64,000 bases of DNA from Candidatus Polarisedimenticolia bacterium (GTDB lineage: Bacteria; Acidobacteriota; Polarisedimenticolia; JACPZX01; DASXTC01): NCBI GenBank assembly GCA_036505635.1, contig DASXTC010000038.1:5109-69108 (forward strand). The letters run 5' to 3'. Below are positions 36,833 to 48,865 of the stretch, one piece after another (the first letter of the stretch is position 1; every line of letters starts with the position of its first letter). The notes beneath the pieces were generated by a model. That model ran no database searches, had not been told where the DNA came from, and saw nothing but the letters and a program-made list of their open reading frames with translations. The translations under genes were made by a program, and so were the position numbers.

Positions 36833-37761
36833 CCTCCGCCGCTCCGGGGATTGTCGCGGAGAAGCTCTCGAAGCGCTTCGGAACTCTCCTTGCCGTCGCG
36901 GACCTTGACCTGACCGTCGCCAGCGGGGAGATCTTCGGTTTCCTGGGCCCCAACGGCGCCGGCAAGACCACGGTGGTCCGCATGCTGTGCGGGCTCCTGG
37001 CCCCCACCGCCGGGCGCGCCACAGTGGCCGGCTTCGACGTGGTGCGCGAGGTCCGGCGTCTCAAGGAATCGATCGGCTACATGTCCCAGAAGTTCGGCCT
37101 CTACGCCGACCTGACGGTGAGGGAGAACATCGAATTCTTCGGTGGAGTCTATCTCGAGGACAGGCGCCAGGCGCGGGAGCGAACCGAGGAGGTCCTTTCG
37201 GAGATGGGGCTCGAGTCCCGAGCGTCCCAGCTCGCCGGCCAGCTCAGCGGGGGGTGGAAGCAGCGCCTCGCGATGGCCACCGCCATCGTCCACCGCCCCG
37301 CGATGCTCTTTCTCGACGAGCCCACCGCCGGAGTGGACCCGGTCTCGCGCCGCGAGATCTGGGACTTCGTCTACGGGATGCAGGGCCGCGGGATCACCCT
37401 CTTCGTGACGACCCACTACATGGAGGAGGCGGAGCGGTGCAACCGGATAGGCTTCATCCATTCGGGAAGGCTGGTGGCCCTCGGCACGCCGGCCGAGCTC
37501 AAGGCAAGCCGGATGGAGGCGCAGGTCCTGAGCCTGTCGGGCCCCGATCTCTACGGGATCTACCGGGCGCTGAAGGGGACCGATCTGGTGCTCGACGTGA
37601 ATCTGTACGGCAACGACCTGCACGCGGTGGTGGCTGACGCGGATGAAGCCCTGCCTCGGATCGAGGCCAGGGTGAAGGAATCCGGCCTGCTGCTGAGCGG
37701 CGCGCGGACCATTCCACCCTCCATCGAGGATGTCTTCGTGAGGCTGACGCGGAGAAGCTGA
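36829..37761 (+). CDS. ABC transporter ATP-binding protein
   Basis: Second half of ORF 35908..37761. Starts at ATG 36829 (ATGA overlap with HlyD stop). Walker A GPNGAGKTT, signature LSGGWKQRL, Walker B LLFLDEPTAGVD. Confidence 0.9.
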   Translation: MTSAAPGIVAEKLSKRFGTLLAVADLDLTVASGEIFGFLGPNGAGKTTVVRMLCGLLAPTAGRATVAGFDVVREVRRLKESIGYMSQKFGLYADLTVRENIEFFGGVYLEDRRQARERTEEVLSEMGLESRASQLAGQLSGGWKQRLAMATAIVHRPAMLFLDEPTAGVDPVSRREIWDFVYGMQGRGITLFVTTHYMEEAERCNRIGFIHSGRLVALGTPAELKASRMEAQVLSLSGPDLYGIYRALKGTDLVLDVNLYGNDLHAVVADADEALPRIEARVKESGLLLSGARTIPPSIEDVFVRLTRRS

Positions 37762-38894
37762 TGCACCGGCTGCGCGCCCTGCTCCTCAAGGAGTTGCGCC
37801 AGATGCGACGCGAGCCCCGGACGGTCGTCCTGAGCTTTGTCGTCCCGGTCGTCCTGCTCCTCCTGTTCGGCTACGCGGTCTCCTTCGATATCCGCGAGAT
37901 CCGCGTCGCCGTCTGGGACCGGGACGGCTCGGCGACGAGTCGCGAGCTGCTGCGGGCCTTCTTCTCCTCGGGTTATTTCCGGGAGGTGGAGAGGGTCTCG
38001 AGCGCGGGTGACGCGGAGCGGGCGCTCGACTCCGGACGCGCCGTGGCGGTCGTCGTGATTCCGAGAGGGTTCCATCGCGACGTGGAGCGGGCGGTCCCGG
38101 CGGAGATCCAGATCCTGCTCGACGGAAGCGATTCGGCCACCACGAGCGTGATCCAGGGACACGCGCGCAGGATCGTGCAGACCTTCACGGCGGAGATCCT
38201 GACGGTGCGTCTGCGCGAGACCGGCGTGGAGGGCGCCGGAGATCTGCTGCCGATCGATTTCGAGCCCCGGGTCCTCTACAACCCGGAGCTCAAGAGCCGC
38301 AACTTCATGGTGCCGGGGCTGATCGGCGTCCTGCTCACGATGCTCGGGGTCATCCAGACGTCGCTGGCGATCGCCAAGGAGAAGGAACGCGGCACGCTCG
38401 AGCAGCTTCGCATGACGCCGCTGCGCGCGCCGGAGATCCTGGTCGGCAAGCTGGCGCCCTACGCCCTGGTGGCCTTCGCCAACGCGTGGATCGCGCTGGG
38501 GCTCGGGCGGTTCCTGCTTCACGTGCCCGTCCGGGGATCGCTGCTCCTCTTCACCGCGGGCACCGTCCTGTTCCTGGTCTCGGCGCTGGGGATCGGCCTG
38601 GTGATCTCCGCCGCCACCGCGACGCAGATGGGGGCCCAATCGGCGGCCTTCCTGGCCGCGATGCTGCCGGTCTTCTACCTGTCCGACTACATGTTTCCGA
38701 TCCGCAACATGCCGGGCTGGCTGCAGGCGGTCACCTATCTGCTGCCGGCGCGCTTCTACATCGCCGTGCTGCGGGGCACGCTGCAGAAGGGAGTGGGATT
38801 CGCCGACCTGTCGGGCCCGCTCGCTGCGCTGGCGATCTACGCCGGCGCGATCGGTCTGATAGGGATCCTCGCGATCCGAAGGGCCTTCCGGTGA
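37761..38894 (+). CDS. ABC-2 type transporter permease
   Basis: 377 aa. N-terminal TM, large periplasmic loop, then 5 TM helices. TGATG overlap with ATPase stop. Confidence 0.85.
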   Translation: MHRLRALLLKELRQMRREPRTVVLSFVVPVVLLLLFGYAVSFDIREIRVAVWDRDGSATSRELLRAFFSSGYFREVERVSSAGDAERALDSGRAVAVVVIPRGFHRDVERAVPAEIQILLDGSDSATTSVIQGHARRIVQTFTAEILTVRLRETGVEGAGDLLPIDFEPRVLYNPELKSRNFMVPGLIGVLLTMLGVIQTSLAIAKEKERGTLEQLRMTPLRAPEILVGKLAPYALVAFANAWIALGLGRFLLHVPVRGSLLLFTAGTVLFLVSALGIGLVISAATATQMGAQSAAFLAAMLPVFYLSDYMFPIRNMPGWLQAVTYLLPARFYIAVLRGTLQKGVGFADLSGPLAALAIYAGAIGLIGILAIRRAFR

Positions 38895-40024
38895 GCGGGC
38901 ACCGCGTCGCGCGCCTCATGGTGAAGGAGGTCCTTCAGCTCCGGCGAGACCCGCTCGCCCTGCGTCTCACGTTCGTGGCGCCGATCCTGCAACTCGTGTT
39001 GCTGGGGTACGCGGCCACGCTCGATGTCCGGCACATCCCGACGGTGATCTGCGACCTGGACCGGTCGACGGCGAGCCGTGAGATGATCCGCGCGGTGCTG
39101 GAGTCGGGGTACTTCCAGGACGTGGGGCGCACCGACCGGATGGCGGAGGTGACCCGGCACCTCGACTCGGGACGGGCGGTGGTGGGGCTGGTCTTCCCGC
39201 CCGATTACGCGGAGCTGCTCGACTCGGCGGGGCGGGCGCCGCTCCAGGCGCTCGTGGATGGGGCCAACAGCTCGGAGGCGACCACGGCTCTTGGCCACCT
39301 GTCCGGGATCGTGATGGACCAGTCGATCCGGCTCGCCGTCCGGCGTCTGCCGCCTCAGGCCTTCTCCGGACGAATCGGCCCTCCCGTGGAAGCCCAGATG
39401 CGGATCCGGTACAACGAGTCGCTCGAGAGCAGCCACTTCATGATCCCGGGAGTGGCGGGTCTCATCATGCTCGTCAGCACGTTGCTGCTCATGGCGGTGG
39501 CCGTCACGCGCGAAAAGGAGATCGGCACGATCGAGCAGATCCTCGTGACGCCCATCCGCCCGGCGGAGTTCCTCCTCGGGAAGATGATCCCCTACTCGAT
39601 CCTGGGGATGATCAATGTCGGAGTCGTGCTGGCGGCCGCGCGTCTATGGTTCGGCGTGCCGGTACGCGGGAGCGTGATCCTGTTGTTCTCGCTGGCGGCC
39701 GTATTCCTTCTCACCACGCTGGGGACGGGGCTCTTCGTGGCGACCACCGCCCAGACCCAGCAGCAGGCGATGCTGCTCGCCATGGCCTTCGTCACGCCCA
39801 ACATGCTGCTGTCCGGGTTTCTCTTCCCCATCGAGAACATGCCGGAGGCCATCCAGTGGCTGACGTGGCTCATGCCGATGCGCTACTTCCTCACGATCAT
39901 CCGGGGCATCATGCTCAAGGGGGTCGGGCTCGAGACGCTGTGGCCACAGGTCCTGGCGCTGGCCGGGTTCGGTCTGGCCATTTTTCTGGCGAGCCTGGCG
40001 CGCTTCAAGACGCGGCTGGCGTGA
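38891..40024 (+). CDS. ABC-2 type transporter permease (second subunit)
   Basis: Second half of ORF 38486..40024. Starts at GTG 38891 (GTGA overlap). Paralogous to the preceding permease. Confidence 0.8.
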   Translation: MSGHRVARLMVKEVLQLRRDPLALRLTFVAPILQLVLLGYAATLDVRHIPTVICDLDRSTASREMIRAVLESGYFQDVGRTDRMAEVTRHLDSGRAVVGLVFPPDYAELLDSAGRAPLQALVDGANSSEATTALGHLSGIVMDQSIRLAVRRLPPQAFSGRIGPPVEAQMRIRYNESLESSHFMIPGVAGLIMLVSTLLLMAVAVTREKEIGTIEQILVTPIRPAEFLLGKMIPYSILGMINVGVVLAAARLWFGVPVRGSVILLFSLAAVFLLTTLGTGLFVATTAQTQQQAMLLAMAFVTPNMLLSGFLFPIENMPEAIQWLTWLMPMRYFLTIIRGIMLKGVGLETLWPQVLALAGFGLAIFLASLARFKTRLA

Positions 40025-40041
40025 CGCGGTGCGCCGACAGC

Positions 40042-40069
40042 TTGACCTTTCGAGTCCGGCAGGTAGAAT
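40042..40069 (+). promoter_or_regulatory. sigma70-like promoter candidate (TTGACC-16 nt-TAGAAT)
   Basis: TTGACC at 40042-40047 and TAGAAT at 40064-40069, 16-nt spacer, about 130 nt upstream of the GTG at 40199. A perfect inverted repeat TTCAAAgtgTTTGAA at 40106-40120 lies between promoter and start. Confidence 0.4.
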
Positions 40070-40198
40070 TGACCGGCGTTCTGAACAATTCGTTAACCCC
40101 TTGGGTTCAAAGTGTTTGAATGGGGCGCCTCCGCTCCACGCCGGCCCTGGCGAGCTCCCCCTGGAGGAATTCATCGTGATCGCGCAGGAGAGCCTGAC

Positions 40199-42436
40199 GT
40201 GAAGATCTCCGTCATCGGCGGCGGGCCGGCGGGCCTCTACTTCGGCATTCTCATGAAAAGGGCCGACCCGTCGTGCGACCTCACCATCCTCGAGAGGAAT
40301 CCCGAGGGAGTCACGTGGGGATGGGGCGTGGTCTTCTCCGACGAGACGCTGGAGAACTTCCAGGAGGCGGACGAGCCGACCTACCGGCGTATCGCCGAGA
40401 CCTTCGCGAGGTGGGAATCGATCGAGATCCTGCACCGCGACCGGGTCATCCGGTGCGGCGGGCACGTCTTCTACGGGATCCGCCGCATGCGTCTGCTGGA
40501 GATCCTCCAGACAAGGTGCCGCGAGCTCGGCGTGACGCTGCGGTTCAGCACGGAGGGGGCCGATCCATCGGACTTCGCCGGAGCCGACCTCGTCGTGGCC
40601 GCCGACGGGGTCAACTCGAGGATCCGGTCCGATCGGGCCGACGTGTTCAAGCCGGACATAGAGGTGGGACGCTCCCCCTACATCTGGCTCGCCACGTCGC
40701 GCGTGTTTCCTGCTTTCACCTTCATCATCCGGGAGAACGAGCACGGTCTGTTCCAGGTCCACGCGTACCCGTTCGACGAGGCGGCCAGCACCTTCATCGT
40801 GGAGACCGACGAGGCGACGTGGCGCCGCGCGGGGCTCGATCGCGCCACGGAGGCCGAGAGCGTCGCCTACTGCCAGAGTCTCTTCGCCCCGGAGCTGGCG
40901 GGGCATTCCCTGATGAGCAACAAGTCGACCTGGGGCAGGTTCCGCCGTGTCCGGTGCGGGACGTGGCGGCATGGCAACATCGTCCTGATCGGCGACGCCG
41001 CGCACACCGCGCATTTTTCGATCGGTTCGGGGACCAAGATGGCCATGGAGGACTCGATCGCGCTGGTCGGGGCGCTGAGGGAGGGGACTGGGATCCCGAG
41101 CGCGCTGGAGGCGTTCGAGGAGGCGCGCCGGATCGACATCCTGAAGCGACAGCGCGCCGCGGAGGTGAGCCAGCGCTGGTTCGAGGGGATCGCGCGGTAC
41201 CGGCGCTTCGAGCCGGAGCAGTTCGCGGCCAGCCTGATGACGCGCAGCAAGCGGGTCACTCACGGGAATCTCAGGAAGAGGGATCCGGGATACATCGCTG
41301 AGCTGGACCGCTGGTTCGCCGACCGCAACGGCTGCGCCGGGGTGGAGCCGCCGCCCCCTCCCATGTTCACGCCGTACCGGCTGCGGCGGATGGAGCTGGT
41401 GAACCGTGTGGTCGTGTCGCCCATGTGCCAGTACTCCGCGTCGGACGGCACGCCCGGCGACTGGCACCTCGTGCACCTGGGAAGCCGCGCCATCGGGGGA
41501 GCGGGTCTGGTGATCGCGGAGATGACCGACGTCTCCCGTGACGGGAGGATCACCCCGGGCTGCTCCGGCATGTACAAGGACGAGCACGTGGCTGCCTGGA
41601 GGCGGATCGTGGATTTCGTCCACGCGCACTCGAAGGCGAGGATCGCCCTTCAGCTCGCCCACGCCGGCCGGAAGGGTTCCACCAAGCTGATGTGGGAGGG
41701 GATCGACGACCCGCTGCCCGAGGGGAATTGGCCGCTGATCTCGGCCTCGGCGATCCCGTGGTCGCCCGCCAACCAGGTGCCCAGGGCGATGGAACGCGCC
41801 GACATGGACCAGGTGCGCGACGACTTCGCGCGGGCGGCGGAGATGGCGCGGGAGGCCGGCTTCGACATGCTGGAGATCCACTTCGCGCACGGGTATCTGC
41901 TGTCGAGCTTCATCTCCCCGCTGACAAACACCCGCGCCGACGAGTACGGCGGGCCGCTGGAGAACCGGATGCGTTACCCGTTGGAGGTCTTCGACGCGGT
42001 GCGGCGCGTGTGGCCGGTGGATCGCCCGATCTCGGTGAGGATCTCGGCCACCGACTGGGTCGAAGGCGGGTTCGAGCCGGACCACGCGGTCGAGGCGTCG
42101 ATCATGCTCAAGGCTCACGGGTGCGACATCATCGACGTGTCATCCGGTATGACGACGCCGCGGGCAGCCCCGGTCTACGGCGCGATGTACCAGACGCCGT
42201 TCGCCGACCGGATTCGCAACGAGGCGGGCATCCCGACGATGGCGCTGGGCAACATCCAGAGCTGGGACCAGGTCAACACCATCATCGTGGCGGGGCACGC
42301 CGACCTGTGCGTCCTGGCGCGGCCCCACCTTTTCGACCCCTACTTCACGCTGCACGCGGCCGCCGATCAGAAGCACGACGACGCGCACTGGCCCAACCAG
42401 TACCTGGCGGCCCGGCCAAGGCGGGGGCGCGCGTGA
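40199..42436 (+). CDS. bifunctional FAD-dependent aromatic hydroxylase / Old-Yellow-Enzyme-type NADH:flavin oxidoreductase (salicylyl-CoA 5-hydroxylase-like fusion)
   Basis: ORF 40112..42436, preferred start GTG 40199 (AGGAG 8 nt upstream; [16 protein letters not shown] = FAD GxGxxG). [25 protein letters not shown] flavin-monooxygenase motif. C-terminal OYE domain with PMCQY and [14 protein letters not shown] motifs. Confidence 0.8.
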   Translation: MKISVIGGGPAGLYFGILMKRADPSCDLTILERNPEGVTWGWGVVFSDETLENFQEADEPTYRRIAETFARWESIEILHRDRVIRCGGHVFYGIRRMRLLEILQTRCRELGVTLRFSTEGADPSDFAGADLVVAADGVNSRIRSDRADVFKPDIEVGRSPYIWLATSRVFPAFTFIIRENEHGLFQVHAYPFDEAASTFIVETDEATWRRAGLDRATEAESVAYCQSLFAPELAGHSLMSNKSTWGRFRRVRCGTWRHGNIVLIGDAAHTAHFSIGSGTKMAMEDSIALVGALREGTGIPSALEAFEEARRIDILKRQRAAEVSQRWFEGIARYRRFEPEQFAASLMTRSKRVTHGNLRKRDPGYIAELDRWFADRNGCAGVEPPPPPMFTPYRLRRMELVNRVVVSPMCQYSASDGTPGDWHLVHLGSRAIGGAGLVIAEMTDVSRDGRITPGCSGMYKDEHVAAWRRIVDFVHAHSKARIALQLAHAGRKGSTKLMWEGIDDPLPEGNWPLISASAIPWSPANQVPRAMERADMDQVRDDFARAAEMAREAGFDMLEIHFAHGYLLSSFISPLTNTRADEYGGPLENRMRYPLEVFDAVRRVWPVDRPISVRISATDWVEGGFEPDHAVEASIMLKAHGCDIIDVSSGMTTPRAAPVYGAMYQTPFADRIRNEAGIPTMALGNIQSWDQVNTIIVAGHADLCVLARPHLFDPYFTLHAAADQKHDDAHWPNQYLAARPRRGRA

Positions 42437-45138
42437 CCACCTGCGCCTCGTGCAGCAACGAGGTGCCGGAAGCGAGCCGCTTCTGTCTGTCGTGCGGCGC
42501 CTCGCTCGACTCCTCGGCCATCCCGACGCTCCTGGATTATTCGCGCCCGCCACCGTCCGGTTCGCATTCCACCGGTGACGATCCCGAGCGCGTCCGCCTC
42601 GAGCCGGGTGTCGTGCTGGGGGGGCGCTACCGCATCCTCGGACCGCTCGGACGGGGAGGGATGGGCGAAGTCTTCCACGCGGACGACCTGAAGCTTGGCC
42701 AGCAGGTCGCGCTCAAGTTCCTGCCGGCCCTCTTCGCCACCGACCCGGGCCGCGTCGCCCGGTTCCACGGCGAGGTGCGACTGGCCCGGCAGGTCTCCCA
42801 TCCGAACGTCTGCCGCGTCTACGACATCGGGGAGGCCGACGGGCACCACTACATCTCGATGGAGTACGTCGACGGAGAGGACCTCTCCTCACTGCTCAGG
42901 AGGATCGGACGGCTCCCCGGCGACAAGGCGGTCGAGCTCGCGCGACAGTTGTGCGCCGGGCTGGCCGCCGCCCACGAGAGGGGAGTGCTCCACCGGGACC
43001 TGAAACCGGCCAACGTCATGATCGACGGGCGGGGGAGGGTGCGGATCACCGACTTCGGGCTGGCGGCGCTCGCGGTCGACCTGAAGGGCGCTGGCGCGCG
43101 GGAGGGGACCCCCTACTACATGGCCCCCGAGCAGCTCGCGGGCAAGACGATCTCGATCCGCAGCGACCTCTACTCGCTGGGGCTGGTGCTGTACGAGATG
43201 CTGACGGGGCGTCCTCCCTTCAAGGCCGACACGATGGCCGAGATGTCGAGGATACGCGAGAAGTCGACCCCCGCCACGCCCAGCAGCATCGTTTTCGACC
43301 TCGACCCGGCCCTGGAGCGCGTGATCCTGCGGTGTCTCGAGCACGACCCCGCCGCCCGGCCCGCCTCGGCGCTCGCGGTGGCCGCGGCCCTGCCCGGGGC
43401 CGACCCGCTGGCGGCGGCTCTGGCCGCGGGCGAGACCCCCTCCCCTGAGATGGTGGCGGCGGCCGGCGACGTGGGGGGGATCCAGCCCGCCATGGGGCTG
43501 GCGTGCCTGGCCGTCCTGTCGGCGGGATGCTTCGCTCTGGCGGCGCTCGGGCCCGCCATGCTTCTGCCCGGGCGGGTGCCCCTCGTCTCTCCGCCCCAGG
43601 TGCTCGAGGCCAGGGCGCGGGAGGTGATCGGCCGGCTCGGCTACACCGAGCAGCCGGCCGACGCCGCCGGTTCGTTCTCCGTCGACGACGAGGCGCTCCT
43701 CTTCATCGAACGAAACGACGCGTCCTTCGATCGATGGGAGAGGATCCGCGGCGGTCGTCCGGCGGTCATGCAGTACTGGTACCGGCAGAGCCCTCGCTCC
43801 CTGGAGCCGACCGACTTCTTCGGGCATCTCATCGGCAGCATCATCGTGGACCCGACCGACCCGCCCCCGGTGATCTCCGGGATGGTGGGAGTCCGGCTCG
43901 ACTCGCAGGGACGTCTCATCGAGCTGAGCGCGGTGCCGCCGCAGGTGGACAAGGTTCAGGGAGCCTCACCGGAGCCCGACTGGCAGAAGCTGTTAGCCGA
44001 GTCCGGCCTCGATCTCTCCATGTACAGGCCGGCGGAGTCCGAGTGGCTGCCTCCCGTCTATTCCGATGCGCGGAGCGGATGGGTGAGGAGGGACGCGGAC
44101 CGGAGGGACCTCCCGGATCGCGTGGAGGCCGCGGCCTACCGCGGCCGGCCCGTCTACTTCCAGATGATCTGGCCGTGGACCCGGCCGGCCCGGATGCTCC
44201 CTTACCACCAGACGCGGGGCGAGGTCGCGAGCCGGACCGTTCTCGTCATCATCTTCCTGGCGGTCCTCGTGGGGGGAGTGCTGGTGGCGCGGCACAACCT
44301 TCGCCTCGGACGGGGGGACAGGCGCGGCGCCGTCAGGCTGGCGCTCTTCGTGATGGCCGTGCTGATGGCCATCTGGCTCCTGAGGACGAGCCACGTGGCG
44401 ACTTTCTACGAGCTGGGCCTCTTCATCATGGGGATCAGCGGCGCCCTGTTCGGTGGGGGGCTCGTCTGGCTCCTCTACATCGCGCTGGAGCCATACGTGA
44501 GAAGACGCTGGCCCCTCATCCTCATCTCGTGGAGCCGGCTCCTGGCCGGGCGCCTGCGGGATCCCCTGGTCGGCCGCGACCTCCTGCTCGGCTCGTTGTT
44601 CGGGGTGGGCGTGCAGGTCTTCGTCATCCTCGTCCGATTCTCGACCTGGGCCATGGGCTTGGCCCCCATCGGGCCGATACCGACGCCGGTGAGCGCGCTG
44701 ATGGGTGTGCAGTTCGCGGCGGCGGACTTCCTGCTGCGGCTGACGCTCTTCCTGTTCGCGTCGATGGCGCTCCTGTTTCTCTTCTTCCTGCTGCGGCTCG
44801 CCGTGAGGAAGGAATGGCTCGTGGGGCTGATCATCGTCCTCATCTTCGGCGTCAATTCGGCGGCGGTCAGCAACCTTCCGGCGGTCGGGTTCGTCCTTTC
44901 AGCGGGCGTCTGGACCTCGCTCCTGCTGATTCTGACGCGGCGGGGGCTGCTGGCGCTGGTGGTTGCGTTCTTCGTGTGTTCCCTGGCGCAGGCGTTCCTG
45001 CTGACCCTCGACCCGACGGCCTGGTACGCCGGGACCACCTGGCTGGCGATCGCGGTGATCGTGGCGCTTTCAGGGTACGGCTTGAAGGTGGCGCTGGCGG
45101 GCCGGCCGGTCTTCGGGGCGATAGGTCTGGACGAGTAG
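42433..45138 (+). CDS. polytopic membrane Ser/Thr protein kinase with N-terminal zinc-ribbon
   Basis: In-frame part of ORF 41692..45138 from GTG 42433 (GTGA overlap with upstream stop). [20 protein letters not shown] zinc ribbon. Kinase [36 protein letters not shown] at about 43490, then a roughly 280-aa extracytoplasmic region, then about 7 C-terminal TM helices. Confidence 0.8.
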   Translation: MTTCASCSNEVPEASRFCLSCGASLDSSAIPTLLDYSRPPPSGSHSTGDDPERVRLEPGVVLGGRYRILGPLGRGGMGEVFHADDLKLGQQVALKFLPALFATDPGRVARFHGEVRLARQVSHPNVCRVYDIGEADGHHYISMEYVDGEDLSSLLRRIGRLPGDKAVELARQLCAGLAAAHERGVLHRDLKPANVMIDGRGRVRITDFGLAALAVDLKGAGAREGTPYYMAPEQLAGKTISIRSDLYSLGLVLYEMLTGRPPFKADTMAEMSRIREKSTPATPSSIVFDLDPALERVILRCLEHDPAARPASALAVAAALPGADPLAAALAAGETPSPEMVAAAGDVGGIQPAMGLACLAVLSAGCFALAALGPAMLLPGRVPLVSPPQVLEARAREVIGRLGYTEQPADAAGSFSVDDEALLFIERNDASFDRWERIRGGRPAVMQYWYRQSPRSLEPTDFFGHLIGSIIVDPTDPPPVISGMVGVRLDSQGRLIELSAVPPQVDKVQGASPEPDWQKLLAESGLDLSMYRPAESEWLPPVYSDARSGWVRRDADRRDLPDRVEAAAYRGRPVYFQMIWPWTRPARMLPYHQTRGEVASRTVLVIIFLAVLVGGVLVARHNLRLGRGDRRGAVRLALFVMAVLMAIWLLRTSHVATFYELGLFIMGISGALFGGGLVWLLYIALEPYVRRRWPLILISWSRLLAGRLRDPLVGRDLLLGSLFGVGVQVFVILVRFSTWAMGLAPIGPIPTPVSALMGVQFAAADFLLRLTLFLFASMALLFLFFLLRLAVRKEWLVGLIIVLIFGVNSAAVSNLPAVGFVLSAGVWTSLLLILTRRGLLALVVAFFVCSLAQAFLLTLDPTAWYAGTTWLAIAVIVALSGYGLKVALAGRPVFGAIGLDE

Positions 45139-45160
45139 GGACCTGCGAGGAGGCAGAGCT

Positions 45161-45943
45161 TCACTGCTCCAGAACGTACTCCTTCTCCGTGAAGGTCCAC
45201 GCGCCCAGGGCAAGCAGCCCGGCCGCGGTCGCCAGGAGGACGATGACGGCCGTGGCTGGCGCGGTGGGCGATTCGAAGAAGCCGAGCACACCGCGCTCCC
45301 CCGCGGGGTGGGGCAGGAGCGCCAGAATGTAGTGCTTGATGGTGAGCTTGCTGAGGTAGCCCGGGATGAAGGTGACGAGTGTCTCCCACACGATCGAGAA
45401 GCCGAGCCCCACCAGCACCGGACGCTTGAAAACCGCGCCGAGCAGCGCATAGAGCGACCCGTACGTGAGGATCTCCAGCTCGAGTACGGCGAGGTCCTTG
45501 GCGAGGATGACCAGGTGCCCGGCGGCCTCTCCCGGGGGGTCGCTCGTCATCGCGATGAGGAAGCAGAGCGCGGCCGAGGGGATGAGGAGCAGAGAGGCGA
45601 CCACGAGGTAGGCGAGGTACTTGCCCACGTAGATCGTCGCCTTGGGCACCGGCCGCATGAAGAGATAGGTGATCGTCTTCTCGTCGATCTCTTCGGACAC
45701 CAGCGAGGTCGCGTAGAAAAGCGTCACGACCACCGCCAGCACGTAGACGTAGAAGTTCACCATGATGAAGGAGATCAGGCTGAAGCCGGTCAGCCCCGAT
45801 GGCCCCTGCCGGCTCATGATCAACAGGGCGCCGGCCGCCGCCAGCAACAGCGGCAGGAAGCAGATCACGGCGAATACCATCGTGCGCCGGCTCCTGAGAA
45901 GCACGGTCAGCGAGAGCCGGAAGATTGCATTGAGTGGACTCAT
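45161..45943 (-). CDS. ABC-2 family transporter permease
   Basis: ORF 45161..46696, start at ATG 45943 (MSPLNAIFRLSLTVLL...). 6 TM helices, 260 aa. Confidence 0.75.
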   Translation of the reverse strand: MSPLNAIFRLSLTVLLRSRRTMVFAVICFLPLLLAAAGALLIMSRQGPSGLTGFSLISFIMVNFYVYVLAVVVTLFYATSLVSEEIDEKTITYLFMRPVPKATIYVGKYLAYLVVASLLLIPSAALCFLIAMTSDPPGEAAGHLVILAKDLAVLELEILTYGSLYALLGAVFKRPVLVGLGFSIVWETLVTFIPGYLSKLTIKHYILALLPHPAGERGVLGFFESPTAPATAVIVLLATAAGLLALGAWTFTEKEYVLEQ

Positions 45944-45966
45944 GCGCGAGCGCCCATCATCATCGG

Positions 45967-46898
<932 letters not shown>

Positions 46899-46902
<4 letters not shown>

Positions 46903-47738
46903 GTGACGATCTCCACGGCCTTGACGCGGCGTCTGAGCACCAGCACCGAGAGCCCCATGAGCAGCGAGTACATCAGCAGCGTTGGCACCAGGTGGACCCC
47001 CTCCTCCGTGGGCCCGCCGAAGCAGATGGCACCGATCTGGTCGGCCAGCGAGACGAGGGACAGCACGGCGAACGCTCTCAGCCCCGTGATGAGCTGCAGA
47101 AGCCCCGCTCCGGCCTGCGAGAAGAAGACCAACGCGAAGAAGAGCAGGCCCGCGTACCGCCCGCTGCGCGTCATCGACGAGATGGCTAGGATGATCAGAC
47201 CGGCGCCGCCGACCACCAGGATCGAGTAGGCGAGGATCGCCAGGGGGACCCAGAAGTTGGCCGTCAGGAACTTCGTGTCGGTGGAGAGTCCCAGCTCCAT
47301 CAGGTAAAGGAGCAGCGCCGGCACCGGCAGCAGGATCGAACCGACCCCCGCGATGATGGCGAACTTGCCCACGACGTAGTCGATTCGCGTCAGGGGGCGC
47401 GCGAGATAGAGCTGGATGGCGTTGGTCTTCAGATCGTGGGCGATGAGCGGCGCTCCGATCCAGATCGAGACCAGCAGGAGGAAGAGACCCTGTCCGAGCA
47501 GCGTGTTGCGGAAGAACTGCGCGTCGATCATCTCGAACGGATTCGCGTTGAGCTGATGTGTGCCCCAGATGAGAACGCCGCGCACGATCGGATGGATGTA
47601 GGCGATGAACAGAAAGATGAGAAAGACCCGCCGCGACAGGTGCTGCGTCAGCCCCGCTTTCGCGATGGTGCGCCACCGCCACGTGTGGGTGGAGAGAGTC
47701 CCGCGATAAGGCCGGTACGACATGTCATAAATAGGCAT
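46899..47738 (-). CDS. ABC transporter permease (polytopic membrane protein)
   Basis: 279 aa, 6-7 TM helices, directly upstream of and overlapping the ATPase gene. Confidence 0.7.
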
Positions 47739-47872
47739 GTGCTATCTCAATCCCCGAAGAGCCGGGTGGTGGCGGACCAAATGGGCGCGGACGGCGAGCG
47801 AGCGCGGAGCCGAGCACGCGCCGGGCGCGAGCGCAGGCGTGCCCGAGGGAGGGTTCTCCCGCCGTCCCGTTG

Positions 47873-48805
47873 TCATCTTTCACCAACAGCCCGTGCGAAC
47901 ACATCCTCCAGAGTCGGCTGCTTCCTCACCAGGTGCCTCACCTGCGCACGTGCCGCGTTGGCGGCCCCGAAGATCGCCTCGGAGCCCATCCCGTCGCGCA
48001 TCGAAACGTCGAGCATCCCGTCCTGCCCCGGCGTCGCGGCGCACCCGTGCTGCGCCAGCATCCTCGTGAACTCGCCCTGCTGCTCGGGGCTTCCCTTCAG
48101 CCTCACCTCGAACAGCTCGCCGGAGGCTCCCTTGAGCGCCTCGATGCTTCCCTGGCCCACGACCTTGCCGTGCGACAGCATCACGACCGAGCGACAGGTC
48201 TCCTCGACGTCCCGCAGCAGGTGGCTCGACAGCACCACGTTGACGTTCTTGCGCTGAGCGAGGTCCCGGATCAGGGCGAGCATCTCCATCCGCCCCTTCG
48301 GGTCGAGCCCGTTGGTCGGCTCGTCCAGAAAGAGGATGTGCGGCCCGTGCACCAGCGCCTGCGCCAGCTTCACTCGCTGCCTCATCCCGGTGGAATAGGT
48401 CTCGACGTTGCGGTACCGCTCGTCGCCCAGCCCCACGTAGTAGAGCGCCTCGTGGGCGCGCTGCAGCGCCTCGACCCCCGGCATGCCGCACAGCTCGCCC
48501 ATGTAGGCGGTCAGCGACACGGCGTTCATCCCCGGGATGTGACAGTCGATCTCGGGCATGTAGCCGACCTTCTGCCTCACGTCGAGGGGGTGGGTCGCGA
48601 CGTCCATTCCGAGGACCCGGGCGCTTCCCGCGCCCGGCGTCAGGAACCCGAGCAGCGTCTTGAGCAGGCTGGACTTACCCGCCCCGTTGGGGCCCAGCAA
48701 CCCCACCGCCCCGGCCGGGAAGATGGCGCTCACGGAGTCCAGCGCGCGGCTCCTGCCGTAGAGGATCGTCAGCCCTTCGACCTGGATGACGCCGTCGCCG
48801 CCCAT
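47873..48805 (-). CDS. ABC transporter ATP-binding protein
   Basis: ORF 47873..48856, preferred start M18 (ATG 48805; GGGGGA 6 nt upstream). GPNGAGKSS, YSTGMRQRV, ILFLDEPTNGLD. About 90-aa C-terminal extension. Confidence 0.85.
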   Translation of the reverse strand: MGGDGVIQVEGLTILYGRSRALDSVSAIFPAGAVGLLGPNGAGKSSLLKTLLGFLTPGAGSARVLGMDVATHPLDVRQKVGYMPEIDCHIPGMNAVSLTAYMGELCGMPGVEALQRAHEALYYVGLGDERYRNVETYSTGMRQRVKLAQALVHGPHILFLDEPTNGLDPKGRMEMLALIRDLAQRKNVNVVLSSHLLRDVEETCRSVVMLSHGKVVGQGSIEALKGASGELFEVRLKGSPEQQGEFTRMLAQHGCAATPGQDGMLDVSMRDGMGSEAIFGAANAARAQVRHLVRKQPTLEDVFARAVGER

Positions 48806-48865
48806 GGAGGTCCCCCGCATGCCGCTATCTACGGATGGAGGCGCAGGTTGGTTCATCGGAAGGTC

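Noticed and set aside
39644-42118. 824-aa minus-strand ORF antisense to the permease and hydroxylase genes
   Set aside because: Same high-GC antisense pattern; spans two well-supported plus-strand genes and an intergenic promoter.
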